A stretch of DNA of 64,000 bases from the human T2T-CHM13v2.0 reference genome, Homo sapiens (GCF_009914755.1 NC_060942.1); one strand, 5' to 3'; positions 17,568 to 32,425 are shown, counted from the stretch's first letter. Notes: a model not told the origin generated them from the sequence alone. Numbers and translations: made by a program.

Positions 17568-18311
17568 TGAAAACAACTCCGCCAGTGTAGGAAAGAGGAA
17601 TGGGTGGCCCTGGCTGTGCCCACTTCTGCAGATGGTTCCCAGGAGGGAAGCCAGCCCACCCCAGCATGGCTCCTCACCCTGAGCACTGAGTGCTGGGGAC
17701 CACCCGCTACCTCCTCAACACAGGTGACCAAGGCCGGAGACCCAGAGATCATCTAAGAACAAGGCTGTTGCTAACACGTGGCTGATGATTTCTTTATGTA
17801 CCCTTTTATGCCGGGTTTGAGGAGTAAGATTTATCTGAGAATAAGTACATAGCATATTTCCCTATGTATCCATTCCTCTCTCCACCCCATACACACATCT
17901 TTACGTGTGTTTCAGGAGGTGGGGAGGGAATAAAAATTTAAACAGTCTCCAGGGCCCTGAAGTTTCTAAACTGCTAAGTGTCCAATCCACAGCCTGGCGA
18001 GCTGATGTGGTCTTGGCATCAGGCTGCAGTTGTAAAAATGCTCTGCTGCTTCTCCAAACAAACACTGGAGCCCTCAGGGCACATCTAACAGAGCCAGCCG
18101 TCAGCCACACACCTGCCCTCAGCCAGCTCTAGCGCCTTCCTGCAACCAGTGTCCACACGCCCCACGACAGCTAGCTCCCAAGGACTGAGCCAATCCACTT
18201 TCACTCCTTGGCAGGCAATTGCTCAAGTGCCTGAGCTGAACAGGCTTAGCTTCAGGATCAGTTTAATTTTCTGCTGTCCTAATTGCTGTGCTGGTGCCTG
18301 GACTTAAACAA

Positions 18312-18367
18312 CCTATTCATTTGAATCTCCAAACAACTTCCTATTCATTTGAATCTCCAAACAACTT
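18312..18367. repeat. Perfect 28-bp tandem duplication
   Basis: cctattcatttgaatctccaaacaactt occurs twice, identical (18312-18339 and 18340-18367). Confidence 0.97.
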
Positions 18368-19454
18368 CTAACTCATGTTCCAAAACTTCCTAACTTCTAA
18401 AGTTGTGATTTTTTTTTTAACCTGGAACTTTCAGGATGCTAGCCTGATTTTCTAAATTTTGCCTGACTCTAGATTAAGTCTAGCTTGTCGAATGTTCTTC
18501 AAGAAACACACTCACCATTCCTCAGCTTGCCAGTGGTGAGGTCCAGTCTCTTTCACCGTATAATTAGCGGGAAGTGTCCCCTGCCCTCCTTAGCCAATAC
18601 CCAGGCTGTTAGCCATGTCTCTCAAGGGAAGTCTGCCAAGCACAGAGGACAATATTTTACCAAAGGAACACAGCATAAATAAATGTTCTTATCCTGTGTA
18701 CCTTTTTCACTTTTATGATCAACACTGATATAAAGAACAACAATAGCATTAAAATTAACTGAAGTTATGAGTACCTAAGTAGAATGATAATTCATTATGT
18801 GAAGAGGGTGGTTGATTAATGAGCACCATTAACAAGTTCATAGTTTCAGTGGTCAAAATTACAGATCTGATTATGTGCAGTGTAACATGCTCCATTGATT
18901 TTCAAGTACTTTTTCCTAACACCAACAATTATTTAAATACCATGTGTTCTATGACTTACACAATTTTGAGTTCTCAAAAACATCTTTAATTACTATCCTG
19001 ACCACTGTGTTAGCTTTAGCACTTTTTAGTTAAATCGAGGACACTAGCAATCATTTCTCTTTCAGATGTTATACTGCTAATTTTAGTGATAATACGTGAA
19101 GAACTTGCAACCATTAAACCAGAGCTGTGTGCAAGTAACAATCTAGTTAAGCCAGGGTAAATGAAATAGCCATTATGAAAGATCCATAAGTTAAGAGAGC
19201 AACTAAGAAGAATAGAAGAAAAGAAATCGAGTTTTAGATTCTAAAATGTTGTTTAGTATCATAAGTTGACCTCACTGGATGAGACTGTGTTAGCCAAGAA
19301 GTCTCTTGCTTAGTTAATTTTGTGATTTGGCAAATACAGTCTGTAAAACATTTTTCTTTAACAGCATGCAGTCCCTTTTTAAGTGTGCATTCAGTGAAAA
19401 AGGTTCTATGCTGGGACCCAAAAATGCAGCCCTACCGCCATTATTTACAAAAAT

Positions 19455-19995
19455 ATATTTCTAGGTATATGTCCAAAAGAAATGAAAACAGGGACTCAAA
19501 CAAATATTTGTATACCTCTGTTCATGCAGTATTATTCATGATAGCTGAAAGTTAGAAGCAACCAAGTGTCCTTTGACAGAAGAGTGGATAAACAAAAATG
19601 TGGTCTATCCATACAATGGAGTACTATTCAGTCTTAAAAAGGAAGGAAATCCTGACACATGCTACAACATGGATCAGCCTTGAGGACATCATGCTACATG
19701 AAATAAGCCAGTCACAGGAAGACAAATACTGTATCATTCCACTTATATAAGTACCTAGAGTAGTCAAATTCATAGAGACAGAAAGTAGTATGGTAGCTGC
19801 CAGGGGCTTGGGGAAGAAGGCAATGAGGAATTGATGTTTAATGGCTAGAGAGTTTCAGTTTGAGATGAAAAATTAGCGAGACAGACAGTGGTGATAGTTG
19901 CACAACTATGTGCATGACTCAATGCCACTGAATTATACACTTAAAAATAGTTAAAATGGTAAATTTTAAGTTATATATTTTATTACAATAAATAT
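19455..19995 (+). mobile_element. Old L1 3' end (L1MB-like)
   Basis: ORF2-end/3' UTR motifs 'tggtctatccatacaatggagtactattcag', 'gtagtcaaattcatagagacagaaagtag', 'cacttaaaaatagttaaaatggtaaatttt'. Confidence 0.88.
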
Positions 19996-20002
19996 CTTCT
20001 AA

Positions 20003-20323
<321 letters not shown>

Positions 20324-21134
20324 CTAATACTGGTAGAGTGATTTAGACAGGTTTTGAATTCTTGGCACCGCTCATCATTCTAATCAATGGTCAGCCTCTG
20401 AGCATTGGAGCACTCAGTGGTACTTGTACACTTGGCTTGTCATCAAGTGTTTCCCTTTTAGACTGTTAGGCCAAGGATGGCTAAGAAAGTTACTGTCCAG
20501 CCGATAGCAAGAGAATATTTATGTTGTTGGTACATGTCTACCAGAGACCACAGAAATGCACAAAGCTACATTTGAAGCATGTCACCGGCAGTATTCCAGC
20601 ATTATTACTGACAGTGGTGACAGTGAGAAAACCAAACTGCCTTGAAAAAACACCTCCTGAATTGTTACCACAATACCCCAGAGTTAGGCAGCGTGTACCG
20701 CCAAAACACTGGTGATGCCCAGATTCTTGCAGTCTCAAGTGAAGAAAGCAATATGTTCTGCTGCATTATTTTTAGGCACCAGAGAGTGAAATATGGGTAG
20801 TGTCAGGCCAGTCGCTTCCATGGCTATCAATTTTTGATCTTCTTTACTAGTAACAGTGAGGGTGGCACAAATTATCCATGGACAGAATAGGAATGTGCCC
20901 AGCATTCTGGAAGCTTATAGTGCTTCAAATCAAATCCACACAGCTCCCCACGTGCAGAATTGTGCAGTTCCCCCCTTATGGGCTTGATTTTTTTAAAATG
21001 TAAGAAAAGATATTCAGCATTTGCTACCTAACACTTAGGGCTCGGGTCCCTCTCAGTTGAATGAAGCTCTAATTATGCATCTTGACTTATTCTGTAGTTT
21101 CTAAGTAGCCTTTCCATTCAGGGTATTCTTGTGG

Positions 21135-21262
21135 CTGTCTGTGAACTAGAAACTCACAGAGGGCAGGAGCCATGGCTTGATCATGTTTGTCTCTCCCATT
21201 CCTAAAGCAGACTAAGCACATGATAAATGTTTATTGATCCACTGCAGAAATGAGTGAATAAA
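21135..21262 (+). mobile_element. L2 3' end remnant
   Basis: 'agagggcaggagccatg...aagcacatgataaatgtttattg...aatgagtgaataaa'. Confidence 0.6.
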
Positions 21263-21724
21263 CGCAGATCCTATCTATGGGAGTGCCTTGGTGCCTTGCC
21301 TACTGTGTGGTTTCTCCTCCCAGCTCTGAGAAGTGGCTTGGCGGACTCCAACCTATGCGCTTTACGTCATTACTGAGGCAAGGAACAAGTCATACTCTTG
21401 CTTCCCACTTCTCCCTGCAACCCGCTTTCCCTGGGCTGCAGCCTCTTTTCTGTAATTGAAGTCACCTTGAAGAAGACCATGCCCAGAGCATAGAATTTTG
21501 CCTCTCTCCCCATGTGAGGACCATATATGTTTATATTTATTATGTGTGACATCTGTAAGGAACCTATTACAGAGCCCTTCCTTCCTTCAAACAAGTTTAT
21601 TAACCAGCAGAGATAATAATGACCAAATGAAAAATAAAAGCCAGATTTACCTTGCATAATCTAAATTAATAATAACACATCCATGAACAAATGTCTTGCC
21701 ACTTGTATTATTTATTACTTATTT

Positions 21725-21985
21725 GGTGATGATGATGACAGCTAATATATATTAAGTGTTAAGCATCTGCCTCTTACTAAGCCCTGCTGTAAGCTTTTTA
21801 CGAGTATTATCACTGTTTCGCTTTGTAATGACTCTGTAGCACATATTCTGTTGTCCTGTTTTACACTCAAGGAAACCAAGACTGAGCAAACTAAGTTGCT
21901 TAAAGTTGCATGGTCAGTAAGCAACTGAACCAAGGGGTAAAGCCAGGCTGCTGGTCTCCAGAGCTTCCACTCTGAGCCATTATGA
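21725..21985 (-). mobile_element. MIR remnant
   Basis: 'ttttacactcaaggaaaccaagactgag...aagttgcttaaagttgcatggtcagtaag...ctggtctccagagc'. Confidence 0.7.
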
Positions 21986-24900
21986 TACTTTGGTTGAAAT
22001 AAAATAGACCTAGGCAAAGATAGACACAAGATCTACCTGTTGAGCTGGAAAGAAAGCAGCTGAAAATTCTGTGACTTGAATTATTATGATACTCATATCT
22101 CTCCCTTCACCCAGTTAATAAAAGAAGCACCCTGCAAAGCCAAGTGTGCAGGCTCTAAGCTACTCTTGGACACAGGCTCTGCTCACTTAAGGTCAGGAAG
22201 CAGAGAGGAGACCTGGGTGCCTCTGGCTCCTTTGGAAGCTCCTTTAGCATATGAAGCATCTAAGTAGGCTTGAAATATGCCACAAATGAATGGTCATCTT
22301 CACGCACCAATAGTTTTCAAGCCTCCATGGTATGTGTGCATGTTGTAAAATCCACATTGGTGCAGCAGCCTGTCTTACCCACATGCGGTGACTCTTTCCC
22401 TCCTCCTATCTGGTACCACATGGCATTAGGCCAGAGACTCCCACAAACAAAGCCTGTTGTTGCTTTGTGTACACTTCATTGTCACAGGGGACCAGGCTCC
22501 ACACTTCTCAGCATCACTCTTAGTGGTTTGGCTCACCTTGGTGACTCAGGAGTCACAGTTAACATCATTTCCAACCCACAGCAAAGACTGGGACTTGAAA
22601 TTTCTTCTGTGTTCTTATTACTTCTTCCATTGTCACTTGTTAGATTCTGAGAGAAGCAAATAAGGCTGCCCGTCTGTGGATGGAGCAGGCTCCAGCGCCC
22701 TTTTCATTGTAGTTGTACCTCTGAGGACTAATGAGGAGTCACTTGCTTGTGTTCTTGGAAGCATCTGTGGTCCAAAGGCAGGAATTCTCAACTCTGGACT
22801 GAAAAGATGCCATGCAGCAGGAGGAATTGCACTTTAGCAAGTGAAATATTGTGGGCTTGTGAACCCTTCCTTCAGAAACAGACACGGTTAGTATGTGGCT
22901 CTGATATGGGAGCAGTTGGTGAAGATGAATGTGATACAGCAGTTCCTGTTCTTTGCCCCTGATGATGCAGTGTGGCACCTGATGCTGAGATAAGTATTAT
23001 CTTCCAGCGATGTCGCGAAGTGGCATGTTAAGCCTTTATGGTGATTTGTTGCACCTTGCCATTTTGGCTGGCATTAGAGCTCTAAACTCATTTTCTTCCC
23101 AGCTTTCTGCCCTTGCTTGTGTATTCCCAGTGGTATTTCTCATTAGCATTATCTTCTGTTAAGCAGGAAATGGTCTCTGCTTCTCAACCCTGGACAATGC
23201 TGAGTATGTTTCTAGCGCTCAGTTAAAAATATTTACTGGCATTAGTATGCCTTTTTTCATGTATTTCAATATTATTTTACTTTACGACAGTATTAGTATT
23301 AGTCTGAAAAGTAGTTCCTGAAAGTTGTTAAGTATTTTTACATAAATTTGACAAGGACGTATTTTCATTTTTAATCACAGCTAATCTTAGTTTTATACCA
23401 AACCATTTGGTTTTCACATTAAACCTTGCAGCTCCAGACCACTTTATAGCCAAACCAAGTAATAGGAAACTGGCAGGGCCTTATAACATCGTTTGTAATT
23501 GTTACAAAATATGCTTTGAAATATCATCATAAATATGTAAAATTAAAGTTAGCAAAAATAAGTGTATAGACTACATTTGGAGCCTGTGATACCCCTGATT
23601 TTAATTTTTTTCTCTCTCTCACTAGCAAATTTGCTAAATTTGTTAATTTGTAGACTGTTTCTTCTTAATTTGTGAGAAAAATAAGTTAGTTCCATATTCA
23701 CTTTTCTTAAAATAACTGTTTTCTAAAGTTCTGTTTATAAGTGGAATCAACACTAAATTATTTGTGTTACTAGAGGAGAAAAGAGATCCAACTAAAACAA
23801 TAGATAATCACAAATTGTTTAGATACTAAAAAAGTGCTGAATTTTGTGGAACAAAGCTGATTTATGGACCATCTACTCCTTTCTTACTATAAATTGTATG
23901 GAGCAGGATTTAACCATCTCAAACCTACATAGTGACAAGTATCTTTGCAATGGAATGCCCCTCACTGGGCCTTATCATGGTGTGTTCACACCTTTACTTA
24001 TAGCACAGACTCCATGCCATGGTAGATAGTTTATGAAGACGAGTTTTTGCTCACCCATAATCCAGATTCACTATAATATTATGCATGTAAGTTCTGCCTA
24101 GACTCAATGGAAGAAGTTAAATTAAATATATTGCCTTCCTGTTTGACTTTGGAATTAAATTTCTCTATAAATATCTTATCACGCTCCTAGGAGATAGTTT
24201 CCTTAGATAAAGAAATCTTGTGAGTGAAAGGAAGGAAAATGAAGGTGGAAAAGGATAAATGTCATCGATATAGCACAATGAGAAACACCACACCTAGCAA
24301 GAAGAGACCCGAGTCCTATTTTCTCCAACCATTGTATATTCATTTTCTTTCTCTTCCGCTCGAAAAGTGAATTTAAAAGGTCCTATAGCAGTATATCACA
24401 GACACATGTTAACAAATGGCTGCCCAAAAAGTTACATCTTCAAAAATACCATGTTGATTTGGGCAAAAAAAAAAAAAATGCTTATCAAATTAGTAAGACA
24501 AAACCTTTTGCTTTTTGTGGCAGCAGTTGTGGGGGTGAAGGAAAATAAAAATAATAAGTCTAAAAGTAATAGGTCTACTTCCCCTGTTGCCGAGTACACT
24601 CTCTGAACACTTCATAAAGTGTACCTCCATGTAGCCTTTTCAGATAGCAGTGATTTAGACATAGAAACAACATTATCAGTAACAAGGAAGAAAAAAACCT
24701 TAATTGTCTAATTGATGGCTATTATGAGATTCCGTATAATTCATGGAATTGGTAAGAATTTCACCCAAGGCAAGAATTTAGCATGGTGTATGCGTGTACT
24801 TTTATTTAGTCTTCAGGAATCACATGGATTGATTGCTGATGAGACTATTTTTTAACTACCAAGCATATATATTCATATATGCTCAATGGATACAAATTTT

Positions 24901-25084
24901 CCAAGATGTTATTTTTTTCTTAATGTTGGGTCCATTTTTTCTTCTGTAAGTACTCATTTCTGAAACAACAGTGTAAGTAATTTGGAAACATGATTTAGTA
25001 TGCAAGTATTCACTTTACACTCCTGTCTTTTGGAATGCATTTGATGCACATATTTGTTCAAACTAAATAAGGCAAAGAATTTAA

Positions 25085-25165
25085 AGAGCTAGAAAGAGTC
25101 TTGGAGTTCATCTCTTGCTAACCTCTCATTTTATAGATGAAAAAACAGAAACCCAGATAGGTTCG
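25085..25165 (-). mobile_element. MIR3 remnant
   Basis: 'ctaacctctcattttatagatgaaaaaacagaaacccagatagg'. Confidence 0.55.
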
Positions 25166-26854
25166 ATGCTTCTGTTGGGTGAGGGGAAAACCCACAGCTG
25201 TGAATCCTAATTTACAGTTTCTGCACACATTTCTTTAATGTGACTTTTTTGATGACTGCTTAACAGAGTGATGTCAGCTATGCTAAAGTCCTGACATGTC
25301 AGTGACAATACAAGGACCACACGATGAATTTGAGGATATCTGTATTTTTCTGGTACAGCTAGGTGGGCTCTTTTAAGACAGAAGTCTTAATCTGTGAGAG
25401 CCTCCCGAAATCTAGAGAAAGTTCTCAGCCAAGAAAAGGTCCCGGTGTGATTGATGGCTGTGCTGGCCGCACAGTTATAGTCAGTTACAGTCCTTGCTCC
25501 TTCAAACTATCAAGCAGTAAATTTGTAAATGAGCTGAGCGTTTGTTGTTATTAAAGCTTCATTTTACCATTCTCTCTGTGCAACAAGCACTTAACATTGT
25601 ACTTGCTCAAGGGTTAAAAAAAAAAAAAAAAGCATCCCTAAATTATATATAGGTAGTCTTGGGCCTATAGGTAATCTCTTTGGGGCTTTTAAAAGAAATA
25701 TACAAAGATTTTCCTACCTTTCTGTGTATTCTTACAAATAAATGTTAAGACTCATGGCCTGGGGAAGGAGGAGAAACTCATTAAGGGAGCAAATTGCAGG
25801 GAGATTCCTGAAGAATCAGTCTCTGAGCCAGTCCAGGCACTTTAATTTTGTCTGGCCCTGGCATTATTATTGTAACTGAGTAGAAGGCCATGAGATCATA
25901 GCCTCTCCATAGCTCCCGATAGCCATCAAAGGTGACTGGCTTCTATTACTTTTGAAGTGACAACCACATTTGAAGATGGTATAGACTGACCACTGATTGT
26001 CAAAACTAGTCCAAAATAAAACCATTCATCCATACTTACTTCTGCCACATAACTTGCAGATGCCCTGCAGCAAAAATAAATTAGCTCTAAATTTTCTGTT
26101 GAGCACAGTCTTCCGATGGGGCCTCTGTGTGAATGTTCTTCAGTCATTTTGCTGAGGGCTAAGAGATGAGGGTAAGACCCTTGGGCTATAGGAGTAGCTA
26201 AAAACTGAAATATTCCCAAGGAAAGATTCTACATTAGATTCATGGATAATTAAGGCAAAACACAAATCTCATTCATTCTGGACCTAAATAACCTTTTCCT
26301 GCTAGAGAACTTTTTTTAAAAAGTTGCAGTGTTTACTGTCTGAGGAAGGCTTATAAAGGTTATGCTTCTTGCATCCAGAATGTGCAGAAATTCTACAGCT
26401 ATAAATGTCTCAGCAGCAAATGGGCTGTGTGGCATGCTACAGCCACAGCCTGCTAGGTAATTTACGTTGCTCAGGGACTGTAGTTTTTCAATAGATTGAA
26501 CTGTTAGTTTTCAGGAGGATTTAATGAAATATTGAACCAGATGCCACTGGTCTGCCATAGATGTGGGACTATGAGAAATGAGGAAATGTCACTCTGTAAA
26601 CAGCTTGGACCTCTGTGAGTAGGGGAAAAAATTGTGTCCTTAGTGAAAGAGAATCACAACCAAGAGAAAACATGGCAGTTTGGGGGTAAATGTGTTTGTT
26701 TCTATGTCCATGTCCTGTGTTCATTTAAAATGGGAGGCTGGGTCTAGGACGGAGATCCAGAAAAATTGTCTGAATCTGGAGAAAGCTAAATAGAGGCTGA
26801 GATTTTTCCGAGTCTTTCTTGTTGTCCAGTGGTAATCCTCTGAATGGCCCTATA

Positions 26855-27190
26855 CAGATGCTCCTGGACTTTTGATAGGATTATGGTCCAGTCAACCCAT
26901 CATAAGTAAGAAATGCAGTTATTGCACCTACCCTACCCAACTTCATAGGTTAGCCTAGCCTCCCTTAAATGTGCTCAGAACACTTAGGTTAGCCTAAGTG
27001 TTGGGGAAAATCATCTAACACAAAACCTATTTTATAATAAAGTGTGGAATATCTCATTTAACTTATTGAATACTGTGCCGAAAGTGAAAAACAGAATGGT
27101 TGTATGGATACTCGAAGTACAGTTTCTACTGAATGCGGATAGCTTTAGCACCATTGTAAAGTCGGAAAATCATAAGTCAGGGACCGTCTA
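26855..27190 (+). mobile_element. MER47A (TcMar-Tigger MITE)
   Basis: Begins cagatgctcctggactt after a TA and ends aagtcagggaccgtct (terminal inverted repeats); the body matches recalled MER47A throughout. Confidence 0.9.
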
Positions 27191-27203
27191 CAATTGCTTT
27201 TGC

Positions 27204-27326
27204 TGTATTCTCGTTTTCAGCAATATAAAGACATACCCGATACTGAGCAGTTTACAAAAGAAAGAGGTTTAATGGACTCACAGTTCTACGTGGCTGGGGA
27301 GGCCTCACAATTATGGCGGAAGGTGA
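27204..27326 (-). mobile_element. THE1 LTR fragment (about 120 bp, one end only)
   Basis: 'taaagacatacccgatactgagcagtttacaaaagaaagaggtttaatggactcacagttc...ggggaggcctcacaattatggcggaaggtga'. Confidence 0.85.
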
Positions 27327-27557
27327 GAAAGGTGGCAAAGATACAGATAAAGCACTGTTCCTGAATAACATTTCAAGTCTTGACCTTTTTTTTTTTTTTT
27401 TTTAATAACTTTACAGACTTACCTATTCCCTGCAACTCATTCAGGGTATGGATGATCTTGTTTTATGGTCTTGCTGCAATTCATAGCCTGTTAGTAGCTG
27501 TGTCTTCAATGTACTGGGAAATTTATCTTTGTACAGGAAGGCACTGTTTCAAGACCC

Positions 27558-27732
27558 AGAGCTGTGTTCCTCAATAGTCCAAGGAACCTGTCTCAGAATC
27601 ATCCGGGTACTTACAACAGTGCATACTTCTTTGTCATACCCCAGGCATATTGAATCAGAATGCAGGATGGAGGAATCTATACAAGTTCCCCCAGTGATAG
27701 GGATCCTCACTGATGTTTAACAACCACTGCTC
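27558..27732. mobile_element. MER5-like hAT-Charlie MITE
   Basis: 'cagaatcatccggg...ccccaggcatattgaatcagaat...acaagttccccagtgat...aaccactgc'. Confidence 0.55.
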
Positions 27733-28169
27733 CAGAGGGGTGGGCCAGCTGCCGACATTTCTTGTGTCCTAATTGTGAGGAAGGTTCTTAACCATAGAAT
27801 GTTAATGTAAACACAAGAAAAAAAAAAAGAAAAAAAAAAACTTCTGCTTAACCTCAGCCCATTTGAAGCAGAAAGAAAATTGCAGGGAAACCCAAATCTG
27901 TGGTCCTGATTCTGCTGTTGCTTTAAGATCATCTCACCAGCAAACACCATGGTTTGGTCTCGAAAGGGTCCCAGATGAACTAACTCACCTGGCACTGTAA
28001 TTAATTGTACCAGAGTATGATGATGCATGAAACAATGTTCACTGTGTGTATGTATGTATATCTACTTACATATACACACAAACACATATGTTTTTCTTGT
28101 GCTTATTTAAGTTTTCATCTTTCTTAATAAGGAACTGTACTCAGTTCAGGGATTAGGAGTGGTAGAGAG

Positions 28170-28400
28170 ACATATTGATTCATTCAAAGAATACTTGAGA
28201 TGACTACTTACTCAAAGCCCTAAGCTAGGTGCCGAGTATTATAGTCTAAGTGGAACCATTAACCATGTACCTAGACAATTTTAGATTGAAAATGATAAAA
28301 CACCATAGGATGTGTGGGTAAAGGCTTCACAAGCTCGGAGGGAAAACTGGCTTTCAGTTGGAAGAATTTGGCAAGAAGGTGGTGGCAATTATGTTGAAAT
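28170..28400 (-). mobile_element. L2 remnant
   Basis: 'attcattcaaagaatacttgagatgactac...ctaagctaggtgc' resembles the L2 3' end. Confidence 0.5.
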
Positions 28401-28605
28401 TTTCAGATATAATGGTAATGATATATATGCTGTTGGAACAAGTATTAGCATATGAATGATTATTATTTTCACAATATTTCTTAACACTTGGTAAAACCAG
28501 CAGAGCATCTATTTTGCTGTGTTAGAATCGGGCCAGGGTCAGACAAATAATATGAGTCAATTTATAAAACAAATAAAAGATTAAATATGACTTTGGAAGT
28601 AAACT

Positions 28606-29556
<951 letters not shown>

Positions 29557-31325
29557 AACCAAAAGATCAGAGCAAAGACATATGGGTTTGAGGTTTTACA
29601 ATGTAATAATTGTAATATATTATAGTTGATTTGATGAAAGAATTATCAACCAAGCAGTATAAGCACAATACTGACCAAGTGTGGAGGATTATTGAGCTCA
29701 GAAATAGTCATGCAGTAAGAGGCGAGGGAAATCTATAGGGAAAGTGCAATTTGCTGTCTCTTATTAAAATAAAAATATGCCTTGCTACCTGAGTAAGAAT
29801 GCACATACTTTTTTTAAAAAAAATCTTTGTCATATGACTGCCTATTACTGTTTGAATCATAACCTCCATTGCTGCTTTCATTCAAAAGAAGCCATTAAAT
29901 TCACAGACTTCCTGCATGTGCCCAGTGTGTGAAAGCTTTAATTAAATCTACAAGTAGAGCCTTAAAAGAACAAGAATCAAATTAATTGCAACATGGTCCA
30001 CGCATTTGTCTCTCTGACAGTCCCTGTGCTTTGGAGAAAAGGCAATCTGTGCACTCTTATCTGAATTAGTAAACTCAATATCACTTTCCATTAGCATGGC
30101 CAGTTGCTGCCATGTGTCTTCTGGCTGACACTGTTTACATGCTAATGCCCTCACAAATAGAGTCTGTTCCAACTGGTTTGCTATAGGATTCTGGAGCACT
30201 AAATCCAGGAGGTGGAATATGCTGTCTTCTGCTTTCTGCATCACTGGCTTTTGTGAGTTCTCTAGATTGAGCTTCGTAATTAGACTGCAGACTAATTAAG
30301 GAAAATTCACCACATGCAAATAGAGCAAAAGGATTTGCTGCTAATTATGGTTCTTATGCCATAGTCAAGACAAATTAATTTGTAATATTATTATTCAACT
30401 TTTTGGTGGCCTGCAATAGTGTAAAATAAGGAAGTGATGTTTGTGCTTAAGGAAGACTTCTACAACTGGAGTGAATAAATATTCACCCCATGAGGAAATT
30501 AGAGGTAAAATCTGTATATTTGAGGTTTTAGACAAAAAAGACTCCACAATTCCTATATAAGCTTCAGTGTATAATTACTTTGTTTTTATTTTTGTTTTAT
30601 ATCCAGAAGGTACTGTTTCTTAATATGTCAATGCTATAATATAATCACACCGGCAATCTAGAAATACCTACTTCCCAACTTTCAGCATTTAAATGGGAGT
30701 TTAATTCAACAGTGTATGATTTTCTTGTTTTTAAAGGCTTCACCTATGAATCCCTTAGGCCAAATGTTTAAAGCTAATGAACTGTAGCTCGTTATATTCT
30801 GCTTATATGAGGGAAATAGCCTGAAGCAGGGTGGCCTGGCTTAGTGTGCTGAGTCCAGTAGGCATCTTGAAGGTAATTTCGTTGGTTGCACATAGTTTAG
30901 AATTATAACAAGGATTTCTGCCTTGAAACATTACGTATTTTAGCGTGAGAATTGTCTCACCGGCAGAGAATTAGGTTTTCTTGCTGAAAATGTAAAGCAG
31001 ATTTATTTATGAACTGTCTGCCCCATGCTGCTGTTTTCTGACTTGCTTCTCATTCCTTAGACGCTGAAGCCTAAAGAACAAGCATGTGCTCTTCTTATGA
31101 CTAAAAAGTGGTTCAGAAAGCAGCATTTTAAGAGTTAAAGGCTTTGCATTGCTAACTGAGAGAAGCAGTATTCACAAAGTATTAAAGATTAAAGATTTAG
31201 TCCATCTAATGTCAAATTGGGAAATTTAAAAATTTATGAGCTTATATTGTTAATAGTTTCCTGAGGGAAAATTCATCCAGTATTTGGAGCGATTAATGAA
31301 TTGCTTGTTGTATGGCAGTATAATA

Positions 31326-31348
31326 GAGAGAGAGAGAGAGAGAGAGAG
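31326..31348. repeat. (GA)n microsatellite
   Basis: About 11 GA units. Confidence 0.95.
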
Positions 31349-32389
31349 TACAGTTAGACATAATATCGAAGTTATTTTTGGAAACAAGCTAACAAAGAAG
31401 GCTGTGTAATCTCTATCTACTGCAATCTCAAAAAATAGGCCGAATAGCCATCTATTGCCAGTGATTTCAGAGGGATGTGCCTGAAGGCAGGGAGTTGGAT
31501 CTGGTGACTTCTTAAGTCCTTTCCACATCTCTCATTCCCTTAATTATTCATCAAATATAAACACAGACAATGTGATTTTCTTTATTCACAATGTCCCTGT
31601 GTGAAAAAATATATGTATACATATGTAGGATTCAGTACTCCTTTTATAGAACATTGCTGTCAACTATTAAGCTTAACCCAAAAGAAAGTTCTCTGTTAAT
31701 AAGAGAACCAAAGTGCACATCATCCCCAACAGGATGGCAATTTATGATGTATTTTGATCGTCCACATGACTTGCAGGAGAGTCTGGAAGAAAGGTCATGG
31801 GAAGATTAACTGCAGGCGCACCCGGTTGGTACTGAAGCAGGATTTTGCTCTGATTAGCAAAGCACTGAAGGCCAGTCAGGGAAAAAGATCAAGGTCAGTG
31901 ACCTTCCAGAAGGGAAGTCAACCTCGGCAATAATAAAGGCTGCCACTCTGTCAGGACTCCAGTCTCATGCAGAGTTGGTGACTAATATCCTTCACTCTAG
32001 CTTGAAAGCCCTGTTGACAGTTTAGTTCTAATTATTTGTGGATCAGATTGAGCAGAAATACATCTGCTTCTTTTCTATCTTGTCTTTTGACCCTCCTTTT
32101 TTCTGCCCTTTTAAAAAATGTGCACTGATTTCTCAATTATGTTTTTACTTTTTTCATATTTCTTCTGTCAACCCCATTTTCTCCTGCCTTTCTGAGGGGA
32201 TGTGTTTTCTTATTACTTGTTCAAATACTGATGCCTTTTGGAAAAAGCTAAATGACTTAAGTATTTTTTAACCTTTATAAAAGTATGAGAAGCATATTCT
32301 TAGAATCACAGTGTACACTTTCTCAGCCAACCATTCAACCAATAAAGTAAGTAGTTTCTTTAGTAATTCTTTGCAGTTTCCATACCTCT

Positions 32390-32425
32390 TTGTTTATTCA
32401 TTCAACACATTTTTTGAGAACCTAC
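32390..32425 (-). mobile_element. L2 3' end (left piece; continues at 36224-36315)
   Basis: 'ttattcattcaacacat...gagaacctac' joins 'ctacatgtccgacactgttctagacattgcagatatagccatgaacaaaac' across the LTR insertion. Confidence 0.75.

Noticed and set aside
18312-18367. CRISPR-like repeats (also 38746-38843)
   Set aside because: These are head-to-tail duplications without spacers, in mammalian DNA.
20440-20780. Possible exon or processed-pseudogene fragment
   Set aside because: An acceptor-like site is present, but the frames are short and resemble no protein I recognise; it may be a decayed DNA transposon.
23623-23636. 14-bp perfect palindrome tagcaaatttgcta
   Set aside because: Several palindromes of this length are expected by chance in 64 kb (64000/4^7 is about 4).
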